Positions 11,812 through 23,069 of a DNA stretch of 64,000 nucleotides are shown one piece after another. Below the pieces are notes generated by a model, which was given only the letters and a program-made list of their open reading frames with translations, made no database searches and had not been told where the DNA came from. The position numbers and the translations under genes are program-made. Origin of the DNA: Atractiella rhizophila (taxonomy: Eukaryota). The stretch spans positions 1 to 64,000 of the forward strand of contig MU271291.1 of NCBI GenBank assembly GCA_021432655.1. Reading direction: 5' to 3'. Every line of letters begins with the position of its first letter. The first letter of the stretch is position 1.

Positions 11812-13900
11812 TTAATACGCACCTCTTCCCCTTCTTCTTCTTCCCCTTCTGCCCCTGTTTCCTCTTCCCCTTCCCCTCCCAATACTAGTATCGCTAAAAT
11901 TACTCTGTGCATTTGTTACGTATTCAGTACGGCCTTGGGACACAGACGAGGTGGAAGGCTCCTCTATCGTCCAGGCAGAAATGGCATATTCCACTTGGGG
12001 CTCATAAACCGCATATCCTACTCTGTGTACTACAGGTTGAGGAGGCGCCTGAGTGGGAGAGAAATTCTGTGTGTCCGGGTCTTCTATCGTCCAAGCAGAA
12101 ATGGCATATTCCATTCGTGGCTCACGAACCGCGTATCCTACTCTAGGTACTGCTGGAGGATGAACCTGAGGGCGAGAGAAGTTTGGAGGATCGGGGTCTT
12201 CCATCGTCCAGGCAGAAATCGCATACTCCTCTCGTGGCTCCTGAACCGCTGATCCAAGAATGTGGTCTACGGCTTGAAGATGAGAGGAAGAATCTCCATA
12301 TGGTCCGAATCCCCCAGCAGTTGACTTGGTTGAATGTCGACTTCGTTGTCCAGGAACGGATATCGGTGGAACGGCCGCTGCTGGTTGGACTGAAGTAGAA
12401 TCGGTCTGATTTAAGCTGATTCTGTGGTTTGGTTCCCATACTTCCTTCGGCTGACTGTCAAAACCAGAAGCAGACGCCAATTTAATGAATGCCTCTAATG
12501 TGTAGTATGCGTCGTTGCCTATCCATCGCTCAATTTCTGTTCCCACCTATCCAGTGGAGATGTGTGCATACCGGCATTGTGCATGTTGTGCGTCCGTAGA
12601 CCTAGAGCTTTACATATCCGCTCTAATCCATGTCTACAATTCTTCATGCTTTCCTTCTCCCATGCTGCAAACAGCCTTTGAGTATCCACGAGGACGGCAT
12701 CAGCCGGCGGCGCGTTGTATTTCTCTGCGAGTTTCTGCTCTGTCGGAGAGATAAGGCCACTCTCTGGATATCCTAGTTTACGAAGGAGGGAACGCTCTGC
12801 GATGTGGTCATGCACGATGAACAAAGGCGGATGACGGATGCCCTTGGACTCAATGAGGGAAGCCTGGACGTGTGAATGAATCAAGGAGATGATTTCAGAG
12901 GCCGGTAGAGTTTCAGAAAGTCCGAATGCGAAGCCCTGACTTGAACCCTGAAGGCAGCGAGAGACAAGACAGGAAACGACGGACATCGCGATTGTCCTCC
13001 ACCCACTTCCCATTGCGCTTGTTCGGGTGCTCCTTAACGACTGCTTCGATTCGTGAAAAGATAAGAAAATGATGAAATGCGTACTAAAATGCTTGCTGAA
13101 CCTCGTCATCCTTCCTCCCTTAGTCTTTGGCTCTATGGTCAGCGAAGCTAATCCCACCTCCGTTAAGATCTTATTGTCCATCTCCCATGCCTCGATATCA
13201 GTTGCTATGAAAGTACCGCCTTGCCCTTCAGCAGTAGCCCTCTGCCAGGATTCTCTCACATATATCAAATCCTCCAATGGATCCACCTGTGACATTTGGT
13301 CGGGCCTGTCCTTACCTTGCTTTTTCTTGGTCGACGTGACAAGGTTTTTATTCTTTGATGGGTGACGCTTGTAAAATTGATCGATCTCGGATTGCGTCGT
13401 GAAAGTGACAAGTTTCAAATCTGGCAAGTCGCTGGAAGGTATAATATTTGATGTCAAAGTGCCTTCCCTGACCTGCTCGTCTGGAATCCTCAAAATTCGG
13501 CCCGCCAACTTGACGATATTTTCAAAGTCCCTCTTCGCAATCCACAATACTTTCTTTCCTTCGTTTTGAGGATGGTTCCACTGTGGATGCACAGGTATGG
13601 AACTCTCCCAGAGGGTCAAAGACCACTTCCCCGTTTGGGAGTCTTGCGTCGAAAGAAAAGGACGCGGAGTTGAAATTTTTGACTTGTTTTTGGAGTCGAG
13701 GGGTGGAGAATCACCATGACGCGGGAAGTGTTTGAGGGCTTTGACGAAAGTTTTAGAGTGTGCGATGCCTGCGAATTTGTGGGGGAAGACTTTGAAAGCT
13801 GCCAACGTCCAGCAAGGACCATCAATGCCATGAGTGATCCGAAAGTGGGCGACTTACCATAGAAATACTCAACCAGCATTTCTCCAGCTGATGCTTGCAT
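11812..13900 (-). CDS. Gfd2/YDR514C/QIP-like DEDDh RNase H-fold exonuclease with C-terminal repeats and RG tail
   Basis: FIATDIEAWE..ILTEVG (ExoI), LVDTQRLF, LERICKALG..MHNAG|NDAYYTL (ExoIII). First exon MQASAGEMLVEYFY is joined by a GT-AG intron. Confidence 0.75.
11955..12251 (-). repeat. Intragenic coding tandem repeat, ~2.5 units of 117-120 nt
   Basis: atcgtccaRgcagaaatSgcatatt/actcc recurs near 11966, 12086 and 12203. Peptide unit AVxEPxxEYAISAWTxEdP. Confidence 0.9.
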
Positions 13901-14354
13901 TATTATGATTGGCGCGTTGGAATGATACAAAGAATGCGTACAATCAAGGGTGCATTCAATCAGTCATTCCGTTGGAGATCATTTTGCGCGTCCTGTCGCG
14001 CCCTTACGTTACCTTTCGGCTTTCGGCAAGTTCTAGCTCGAAGTTCATCAACATCAACCAAACAGGAACCAGGCAAGAAACTTAGAGATCAGACGAACTT
14101 GAAGAGAGTGAGAAGGTGGTTAAATTGTATCGGTAGTTGTCGACAGCACTTTAGCGACCAAGAAACCGAGGAGCCTGCAAGTATTTCACGCTCAAGTCTC
14201 TAACATCCAACACCCACCAAGAAGGCTCTGGAGTAAGGGGAAAGGTCATCAGAGGCGTGTAACTAACCTGAAAGGTATCTTTACTCGCCTAATTGTAAGA
14301 CACCTTACTCATATTGGCTTTTCACAGACAGCTTTATCCATGGTCTTTGTTGCA

Positions 14355-16802
14355 ATGGACGCAGCAAACGTCAACGGGAAGAAGAGCGGAAAGAGGCCAG
14401 CGGACGCTGCGATGCTAGCAGCACAAGGGAGGATGCCTCCAGGAGCAAAACGCCCACGGACCAATGTGAGGGACTAGCTCCAATTGCGATTGAATGTCTA
14501 ACTATTTTCGTCGGCGAAAGCGTGCCTGTGAGCAATGTGAGTCGGATATCCACTTCCCCCGGGCATTCAACTCAAAATTAATCTTCTAGGCAGAAAACAG
14601 AAATCGAGATGTGAGCCGAGCGCGTCAGTCAGCAAGGCGTGCCACCGCTGCTTCACCCTCACAATTCCATGTTCCTTCCTTACTCTACCGGACGAGCCAT
14701 CAACCGCGGGATCTTCCCCTCCAATCCCACCTTCTACCTCTGACCACAATTATTCTCTTCCCTCTTTTACTCCCGAATCACGGCAAGGTCTTGTGGATAT
14801 TTTGTGGAGGGATTCTTCATACCGACGGCTGAAAGTGGGTCCTGCGCCAATACCCAACAAGCTAGATGATTGACTATTGCATCAAGGGCGAAGAAGACGA
14901 AGATTCAAACCCCGATACGAGCGATTGGGCGGATGTACCTACTCTTCTCAATGGTCTTCTACTCCGCTTCGAGACTCAGCATATTAAACAACCAGTCAAA
15001 GCTGTAGAAGGGGGACCTACACATATTACAGCTGAACGGCGAGCACAATGGGATGAAATGTGTGTCAGATCTTCAGCCGTGAGTAACAATGCTCAAAAGT
15101 GCATCCCAGATATGAGCAGCTCTTTTCACCTTTATTCAGCGCTAGCTCAAAAGCTCAAGCACGCGCGCCGAGTCCTTTTTTACAAGCTGTCCGACATCTG
15201 CTTGCTTCACAGCAATGCACCAACGCTACAGCTGCTGAGACGTCTTTCTTGACCTCGCTGGTCAATCAAGGCGCTTTTCGAGCAATTAGCGCAAACCCTG
15301 CCACATTGAACGAAGAGGAAGTGTTGGATATCATCAAGGTGGGTCATCTGCACTTTCCAGGGTTCAAGCCGAAGTTTTATCAGGCCTTCTTGTTACTGTC
15401 GGAATGGATACCTGCCAATCCAACCCTGCCGCCAACAGGCCTCGGGGATGGAAGTATGTTTCGCGATGCCGCAGTGAAGATGTGCAAGCAAGTTGGGCTC
15501 GATCGACTTGAGTTACAGGCTGGGATGAATGAAGAGGAGCGAGACAAGACGGTCGACAAGATTCTCCTGGTCTGTTAATCTGTGGTTCGTTTACCAAGGG
15601 CTGACATGGTGTCTATGCAGTGGCTTGACGTCTGTAGCGTTGAAGCCCTTCAGAACATTGTTCACGGGCACTCTTGCGGCTCTCAGGAGATTTCCAGGCT
15701 CGAAAACATCCTCCTCAGCCTATCACTTCCCCAAAACTTATTCCTTACCCTTCGGAATCGAATGCGATATCTGCGGATAACGTTAGACGGTTTGGCTCAG
15801 GTCGACGATTACACAGTCGAGCTAACAGCCGAATCCATTCAGCTCATCAGTAAGCGGATGACGAACTCGATATTTGAAATGGAGGAACAAATGCGTTTCT
15901 TCAATCGCTTGACTAGTCTGTCCAACTCTCTGTTGATTTGCGAGTCTAATGGTGGCTCAGTCGCTGGCTGTGCGCACGAAATGGTTCTGAGTTATACCGG
16001 GATTCTTCAAATGGGATGTCTACTCCTTCTGCAGATCAAACCTGCCGTCTGCTTTCGATTACTCCCCACACAAATCCCGAAAAATCAGGCAGATCGCTCA
16101 GAGGCTGAGAAAGCTCTTGTGGAACTCTTGGACGAGAAGATGGTCTTTTTTGGTAGGCAGCTGATGAGTACTGTGGACAGACTTGTTCTCTTGACATATA
16201 ATTGTCAAATCCTCATGAGGTAAGCTTCCTGCCTTAATCACCTTATCTGACGTTACTCTGTGCAGCTTACCGGACAACACACTGCATTTCGTCGCATTTG
16301 CAGTCTTCATCGCAATCAAAATTAATTTCAACGTTTACAGGCATGACCGACCGAAGCTGTTGAAGAACAATGCCTTCTTGTATGTCTGATCCAGTTTTTT
16401 TACGAGCTCAGGTCTAATCTTTGATGCAGTGAGACTATTCAAATCCAAGAAAATATCATTGAAAGTTTGTGCGACAAGTTTGCAACAGCAGGATCCTACC
16501 GTCCTGAACGACTGCTGACCCGATACGCGCGACTTATTCGTGGCATGTTGCATCTGTGGAAAAATCGCGAAGAGATTCTCAGGGAGAAGGGTGAAGCTAA
16601 TTCTCAAGCTTCTGAGCCGCAAAAGACCAATCAGGCACCCGCGCACGTCGATCCGACACTCAGCCTTTATGTTGACTTCTCTTATGCCTTTGCTGGGATG
16701 TTGGACTACCCCTTCCCATCAACTTACGAAGGGAGCACAAATGTTGATTGGCTACAGTCAATTTTACCTCCAGCTGTCTCGACGACAAATTTTAATGTGT
16801 GA
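14355..16802 (+). CDS. Zn(II)2Cys6 fungal transcription factor (paralogue A)
   Basis: Spliced KRPRTN|RACEQ|CRKQKSRCEPSASVSKACHRCFTLTIPC gives C-x2-C-x6-C-x9-C-x2-C-x6-C. A long helical middle region and an acidic/hydrophobic C-terminus follow. Confidence 0.85.
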
Positions 16803-17147
16803 AGTTTTGGGAACGTTGTATATCTCTATTCCAGATTGCTTTGCAACTTCATGTGTTCGAAACAGATAATCCCACGTTAACAATTTGAACTCGTGACTTA
16901 GACTTAAGGATCTCCATATCCCTCCACCGGATTGATAATGAACATGGAACAACTCCGACCGCTCCCGACTGGTTCTTGCCTAGCCTGCGTCCTTTCCATC
17001 TTTCCCTTCCATTCCGCTGGTCAGAGCCGTCTGCGCTCGCTACTATGACTCCAATGTTCACTGTCGCCCGTCGGATGGCACTGACATAAAGGTGAGCAGC
17101 CTTCTGCTACGTCGCAACGAATTTGTAACTCAGATAGTACCATCAAC

Positions 17148-18629
17148 ATGTCAAGCACTAAAGAGGATAGCCTTTACGACTATGAGTGAGCTTTCGCGTA
17201 CTCGCATCCTGAGTACATGGTGCTGATCCGTTTATTTCCAGCCCAAATAAAGTATTACCAATTGTCGGTATCGCCGTCTTCGCAGGCGTCACAATCCTCC
17301 ATTCATGGCAGGCTGTTCGGACAAAGAGTCTAAACTACATGGTGCCAAATTCCTACCTTCCTTTAAACTTCACGGTCTGATTGTGGGACAGTGGCCATTT
17401 ATTGCGGGATTGATACTAGAGATTGGCGGATATGTTCTGCGACAGATTTCGGTGCACAAGCCTGAGTGAGTTCGGAGGAAAGCATTTTGATCTATTCCAT
17501 TAATGATATGAGTAGAAGTAAAGGACCATATATTATTCAGCAAGTCTTGCTTGTCGTGTAAGTAATCCCATCCACATACTTTCGAATGCTCACCTGTCTT
17601 TTAGGGCCGTGAGTGTTCGACGACAATACTCCCCTCCCACTCTTGTTCCAATATGCAACTAACCTACCTTACCTCAGCCTGCAGTTATCGCAGCTTCGTA
17701 CGTGCAGCATCGTCGGCTCCCAACTGTCTGATTGAATCAAATCAGGCTCTACATGTCATACGGAAGATGCACGATTTTTACAGGAGAAGAATACTCTCCT
17801 CTTCGACCAAGGCTTGTGACCAAAGTATTTGTCACATTCGTGCGTATTTTCACTGCCATTTCGCCGACGTGGGTTTATCTAAATGTTAATTACAGGATGT
17901 ATTTTCGTTTGTCATCCAAGGAGCTGGTGCGGCGAAATTTCTCGTTGATAGATGTACATGGTTGATTGCAGATTAGGCGGAGGTATCTTAGGAGGGGACA
18001 ACACGAGTAAGAGTAAGCAGAATCTTGGGAAAGCAATCATCATCGCTGGATTTATTATCCAGGTATGTCGCACTTAGTCATTCAACTCATGCTAACAGCG
18101 TCAGGTCGTCGCTTTCTCCTGCTTCTTGGTCATCTCCTACATATTTTGGAGACGAGCAAAACGAAATATCCCTTATTCTCGCGGACTCCAGCTCGTTCCC
18201 GTTCTATGGATCACAGCCGTACCGATCTTGGTGAGTTGCCATACCTCGATTAACACATGTAGCCGAAGTCTGAGGTTGAACTGGATAGGTCCGTACCATC
18301 TTCCGTTTTGTCGAATACGCCTCCTCGAACAACAGCGGAGGAGAGAATGGTGGGTTCCTTCTGGATCACGAAGTGTTCCGTACGTCTGCCTCTACCATAT
18401 TGAACATTGGGGAATCATGCTTAACCACAATGGGCTCTAGTATGGATCTTTGATGCCTTGCTCATTTTCCTCGCTACTCTCTTTTTCGGGGTCTACCATC
18501 CTTCGAGGTGTGCATGTCTGTCGAGAAGGTAAAACAGAATGACTGACAATGCACAGGTACATCCCTAACGACAAGGCTCTGCGCGAGGCGGATGGTTCTG
18601 TGCCAATGAATAAGGTACAGCACACTTGA
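17148..18629 (+). CDS. RTA1-like 7TM protein (lipid-translocating exporter family)
   Basis: LYDYEPNKVLPIVGIAVF, LEIGGYVLR, LLVVAPAVIAASLYMSYGR, RPRLVTKVFVT..DVFSFVIQGAGG, IRSVYHLAVF and YGSLMPCSF-region exons. Many short exons. Confidence 0.82.
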
Positions 18630-19012
18630 ACCATAGGAACGCGTGTAACAGCTGCTGTGTGTAGAGGGAGCCTTTGCTGACTAGGGAAACTTCGCAGTAA
18701 AGGCTGCTTGGTCAAGTACCTCTTTTGCTGGGACTACATTGTAGCTTCCGCTGGTTTGGACACTGGATTTGCTCGTTCTCATTTCTAATTTAATACCACA
18801 TCACTGTACAAGTTATCTTTGCAAACCCATTGCCACTTCTGACAATCATCATGAGGCACTGACTGCCTGGTCCCAAGATCCTAGTAGTACGGTTAGGAGA
18901 TATTCCAATCCTTTTGATGCTCATTGTACTTCATGCTGCACTTACGTTGACATTTATGAAACATACGACGACACTCCGTACTCAATATTTATCCTGACCA
19001 TTGGCGCGATGA

Positions 19013-20209
19013 TTATTCCAACTCATCGCTGTGCCCAATTTTCACCTCAAAACCAAACGCTTTCCAATCGCGTGAGGCCAACGGTGCTTCCTCTCTCTTC
19101 TCAATCCAGCTACTAGTATTTCTTACCCTCCCTCTGATTAGTTTGAGGTCAGTCCAAGCGGACTGTTCGTATTTTTGCAATGCAATCTTCTCGCTCAGCG
19201 GATCGACGAAAGAGAGTAGCAACGCAGAATCCTTCTCTTCGACGAAAATCACAGATATTGGAGCCAGACCGAAGATGCGTATGAAATCTGTGTTGGAAAG
19301 GTTTCCGCGCGCTGTCATGATCATGCAGACAGATGAATGCCAGGAAAGTCTTTTGAGCTTATTAAATCGTAAAACCTCCAGTCGTTCTTCTTCACCGTCA
19401 TCTGTGTGAGATAACCAGCCAAATATCTGCGTTCGGTCAAATTGAAGTTCTTCCAAAGTCTTATTGCAACTCTTGAGGACATTGACCAAGGTCCGAACGT
19501 CTGCCATCCCTTCGGAAACAGAGAGCTTGACAAGATGAGCAAAATAGGAAAAATCTGTAGTGCTCGAGAACGGAAGTGCAATGTCGATTCTTTCTAGTTT
19601 ATTTAATCGCTGCAGAGAGGTATGAACGCTCCGCGTGACTACTGCAGAGGCCTCGATCGAAAGGGATTTGAGAGTGGCTGGATCGAAAAGTTGAAGGAAC
19701 TCCCAGGCCAACTTCGTCTCCGCGAGCGAAATGTCGGCATTGGAAGCTATGCTTTGGGCGATGGACAATGAAAACGAATGGATTCCTTCGCCCAGAGGGA
19801 AGAGCGTCCGAACGAGACGAAGGAAGCCTTCAATTTCTGGGGAAGAAAGGGAGATGGAAACCTTGAGCACATCAAGCTTTCGGAACTTTTTGATAGCCAC
19901 GGAGAGTTGTTGGACACCTTTCCAGTTCGCCTCCACCTCCAGCCTGAGCTCTCGGACATGTGGTGAAATGCTATCTTCAACCTTCTCCCAAACATCGAGG
20001 TCCCAGGGCAGAGAGCTGAGGGTGATCCTCCTGAAAATGTACGGAAGCGACAATCGGCGAAGGTGTTGGGATGTCAAGCTCAGTTGACGATGCGTAGTCG
20101 CGGGGCAAAAGGTTAAGAGGTAGATGTGGAGCTCCACAGGCAGGCTCGAGAAATGATAGAATTGGGTTTTCAAGTGCGAGTTCTCATCGATGTCATCGAT
20201 GGGAGACAT
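19013..20209 (-). CDS. Intronless F-box protein with LRR-like C-terminus
   Basis: 398-aa ORF with N-terminal FSSLPVELHIYLLTFC..LSLTSQHLRRLSLPYIFRRI F-box, followed by LxxLxL repeats. Confidence 0.8.
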   Translation of the reverse strand: MSPIDDIDENSHLKTQFYHFSSLPVELHIYLLTFCPATTHRQLSLTSQHLRRLSLPYIFRRITLSSLPWDLDVWEKVEDSISPHVRELRLEVEANWKGVQQLSVAIKKFRKLDVLKVSISLSSPEIEGFLRLVRTLFPLGEGIHSFSLSIAQSIASNADISLAETKLAWEFLQLFDPATLKSLSIEASAVVTRSVHTSLQRLNKLERIDIALPFSSTTDFSYFAHLVKLSVSEGMADVRTLVNVLKSCNKTLEELQFDRTQIFGWLSHTDDGEEERLEVLRFNKLKRLSWHSSVCMIMTARGNLSNTDFIRIFGLAPISVIFVEEKDSALLLSFVDPLSEKIALQKYEQSAWTDLKLIRGRVRNTSSWIEKREEAPLASRDWKAFGFEVKIGHSDELE

Positions 20210-20581
20210 CCTTCGATTGTTGCCGGCTGCATTTTCATCAGTCTAGCACTCAGCAGGGGGAAACGTTGCTAACCCAGCAAAAACAAGTTCATATCAAGGT
20301 TCCTTCTGCTTCGTCCAGCTTCTCTGTTTCTCTTTCATTGAAGCTTGACGTGAGGAATCTCGTTCACTTTATCAGCCAACAAAATATGTTCACCCTGCTT
20401 GAATAATGCGCATTATCCCTTCTGCCAGCGCTGAGCGGACCGGGACCTCGGCGGCTCCCGGATGAGGGATACTTTCACGCAGGCATCCACCAGAGTAATA
20501 CCAGAACCCTTCAAGAAGCGAGCATTCCTCCTGCAAGAGCTCCAAGCTAACAAGTTAGAGACAGTTTTAGCAGCTAGAAAA

Positions 20582-22752
20582 ATGGGCAAACCAGTGGCAG
20601 AAGACAACAAGCAGAGTTTGACGGTGATTGGTGAGTACTTCCAAATTCCTCGCTGCCTTGGCTCCAAGGCTTTAGGCAGCTTAAACGAGAATGTCTTGCG
20701 AAATGGAGAATGGAATGACCTTTTGATTCGTGTTATTCCCTTATACATTCGTCAACTTTCCTTCATTATTCGGAGGATGACGACAATTGCTTGAATTATT
20801 ATCAGCCCACAAGTCTGCTTCCCGCTTCAAGCTCCAAGTTTGGGTTGACCGTTAGTGTCACTTTACTGATCCCACGGGTGTAGACAACCGGACAGGGAAG
20901 GAGTATCGCATTCCCATTAAAAACAACTCCATCCCTGCGACCGCGTTTAAAGCCATGTCACTCTCCAACCCAGCCTCCGCGAGTTCTAGACCAGAGGATG
21001 ATGAGATAACTGGCATTCGAGTCTTCGATCCAGGCTTCCAGAACACAGCAACGATACAGTCTCGCATAACCTACATTGATGGAGAGAAAGGCGTTCTACG
21101 ATACCGTGGTTACCCCATTGAACAACTTGCGGAGAAGAGCAACTTCCTTGAGGTTGGCATTGTCCTGACCAAAAGACTAAGCTGACATCGACAACAGTCC
21201 GCGTATCTGTTGATATATGGAGAACTCCCAACCCAGAAACAATACACTAGCTTTTACGAAGAAATCATGCATCACACTTACACCCATGTCGACGTGGACC
21301 GCATTTGTTCCGCCTTCAGATACGACGCTCACCCCATGTCTATCATGATGAGCACCTTCGCAGCTCTGGGAGCATTCGCTCCTGAGGCGAACCCTGCTCT
21401 AGCTGGACAACGCTTATTCACTTATGCTTCGGGTGCCGAAGGCAAGGAGAAGCAAGAGGAGGCCCTGAAGAACATGGATAAGCAAATCTTTCGGATGATT
21501 GGAAAGGCCATTACCGTCGCTGCAGCCGCCTTCCGACATAGACAAGGTCGACCTTTCAACCGCCCTCCGGCGGGTATGGGTTATACGGAAGCATACCTCT
21601 ACATGCTGGACCATTTGGGCGAGACGGTGCGCTCTTGCATTTATCCACATCATTTGCTCCCTCATATGTCATATAGAACTTCCGTCCTCATCCTACAATC
21701 GCTAAAGCACTCGACATTCTCTTTCTCTGTCACGCAGACCACGAGGTTAATGCGTCCACAGCCACCATGCTCCAAACAGGTTCTACCCTTGTAGACCCTT
21801 ACTCTGCCGTCTCCGCATCTATTTCCGCTCTCTACGGCCCACTGCACGGAGGCGCTTGCGAAGCGGTATTTGTTTCTGCTCGCTGCTAATGCTTCGTGGA
21901 CCTGAACAATAGCCTACAGGTTGTGCGAATGTTGGAAGAGATTGGAAAGCCAGAGAACGTACCTCAGTGTTCGGATTTGTTTTGGCTTCGCTTCGCGTCT
22001 AACTTTCAAATTACGCAGTTCTCGAACAGGTTAAGAAGAAGCAAAAGGTTCTCTCAGGCTTTGGACATCGAGTGTACCGCACAACCGACCCTCGCTCCTA
22101 CATTATTCGAAAGACAGCGGAAGAAGTAGAATCTCCCTTCATCCCCTCAACATCATTAACCCCGGATGTAGATATTCGCGCTTACCGGCTCTGACAAGCT
22201 TTTGGATACAGCTAAGGTAAGCGGTAGGAGGGATGGTCCGACCTTCTGATAACGTTTTCTACAGGCGTTGTATGAAGCTGCCAACTCTGACGAATATTTT
22301 ACTTCCCGTCGCTTAGGTGCTAACGTCGACTTCTGGAGCGGACTGATTTATCGAAGCCTCGGGTTCCCAACTGACTACTACCCGGTTTTGTTCGCTGTTC
22401 CAAGGGTGGTAGGATGGCTTGCTCATTGGCGACAAATGATGCTGCAGCCTGGAGGGGTTAAGATCTGGTTAGTCCACTGTAGGAAACTCTTTCACAGCTG
22501 ACGCAAGCTCTCAGGCGACCGAGACAGTTGTACATTGGTGAAGGGGAGAGAAATTATGCACCTCTCGAGCAGAGGAAGGAGAAGGAGAACCAAGATCCCA
22601 CGTCGCAGCCTGCGATGGTTCGTGTTTCCTTTGCAGCCCATACAGTGCACTGAGTTCGCAAGTAGGTGGCACATTTTTGGTCGAAGAGGAACTTCTTAGC
22701 GGACTACGATGAGAAGTCAGCTGAGCGAAAGTTGAGAATGAGCAAGCTTTGA
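20582..22752 (+). CDS. Citrate synthase, peroxisomal/glyoxysomal type, C-terminal PTS1 (SKL)
   Basis: [72 protein letters not shown] and NVDFWSG. The last exon ends RKLRMSKL*. Confidence 0.92.
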
Positions 22753-23069
22753 TTATTACGACTCAGAAATAGTCTGTGTTGCTTTCACAACGTTCGTTCA
22801 TGAGGAATATTTCTATACGACGAAATGGAAATTATATTACAGTTATAATAATGCTAGAGGACAACGGTTTTGAAAGTGAATGACGATCCGCAGGGCGGAC
22901 AAGTTCAGGAAGAGGGATTGACGTCGAAATTTACAAATTCAGTTCAAAACTACCAAGAAATTACGAATATATGATAAGGAAAGGAGCTCAGGACATAAGA
23001 CACACAACACAGACGGCAACACCATGCTCTACTCTAACAGAAAGTAGTTTACGCTTTGCCTCGATGCAG

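Noticed and set aside
11955..12251. CRISPR-like repeat-spacer pattern
   Set aside because: The whole unit is homologous and protein-coding, the context is eukaryotic, and there are no cas genes.
20632..20883. Long citrate synthase intron with alternative short hairpins (possible riboswitch)
   Set aside because: There is no TPP-riboswitch consensus, and the stems are only 6-7 bp, which chance could produce.
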